From Malacoraja senta (lineage: Eukaryota): 64,000 nucleotides of DNA. The notes beneath the pieces were generated by a model that saw only the letters and a list, made by a program, of their open reading frames with translations, ran no database searches and had not been told where the DNA came from. Made by a program: the position numbers and the translations under genes. Each line of letters starts with the position of its first letter. Positions within the stretch are counted from its first letter, which is position 1. Location of the stretch: assembly GCA_038087875.1 (NCBI GenBank), contig CM075988.1:3286001-3350000 (forward strand), written 5' to 3'. Of this stretch, positions 63,501 to 64,000 are shown piece by piece.

Positions 63501-64000
63501 GGGTAGCAACCATGGTGGAGACCCACTCGGTGGGCTCGCTCACTGCTTCCAGCACCCCCATTGTAACCATGCTCTTCAGCATCGCTTCCACTTTATCCTT
63601 TAAAGCGAGGGATACTCTGTGTGGTGCACGGACCACTGGCACCACTTTGGGGTCGGTGACAATCTTGTAGACAAGGGCAGTTTGCCCAGTTCATTATCAA
63701 ACAGGTCCGGGTACTCGGATAACGGATCCATTGGTAACCGTATTTCGTGGACAGTACGATCGAAGGACACTAGTCCCAGGTCTTGGCACGCCTGGTTGCC
63801 CAACAGAGTCACACAATCAGAATCCAGAACATAAAACATGAGGGGCCGCGATGACTTCTGCAGCACACAATTAAAAGTTGCCTTTCCCACAGGTTTCAGT
63901 ACCTCGCCCCCATAGGCACGTAAGGTTGAACGGTCTGAAGTTAGTGGTTAATTATGTCTAATCTTTCTGAACAGGTTTGTTGACATAACATTGACTTTTG
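60586..64000 (-). mobile_element. Gypsy LTR retrotransposon (3' LTR 60586-60801; frameshifted pol; runs off window)
   Basis: PPT ggggaagga then TG...CA LTR; integrase ORF 60870-62465; RNase H CDAS / YAQIEKELL; RT MPFGI, IVDD. Same clade as the 13908 element. Confidence 0.93.

Overview
Eukaryotic, almost entirely repeat-derived DNA, most likely from a cartilaginous fish (skate/ray), judged from HE1/V-SINE-type SINEs and abundant CR1 LINEs. I found no convincing host gene. The window is a deep nest of transposable elements. It holds four DIRS1-type tyrosine-recombinase retrotransposons (one nearly intact) and two Gypsy LTR elements. A 21-kb class I (epsilon-like) endogenous retrovirus with a tRNA-Pro PBS carries nested L1, Harbinger, CR1 and DIRS insertions. 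Its nested Harbinger has an apparently intact 6-exon Myb/SANT gene. There are also Harbinger and hAT MITEs, Helitron-like units, Penelope fragments with minimal hammerhead-ribozyme motifs, a 1.9-kb local duplication and a 200-N gap. Best leads: a probable 2H-phosphoesterase domain between protease and RT in the env-less ERV; reconstructable DIRS crossover sites; terminus/ICR co-variation and pristine cis ends on DIRS copies with decayed ORFs; a conserved DIRS leader intron; and a Helitron carrying Harbinger subterminal DNA.
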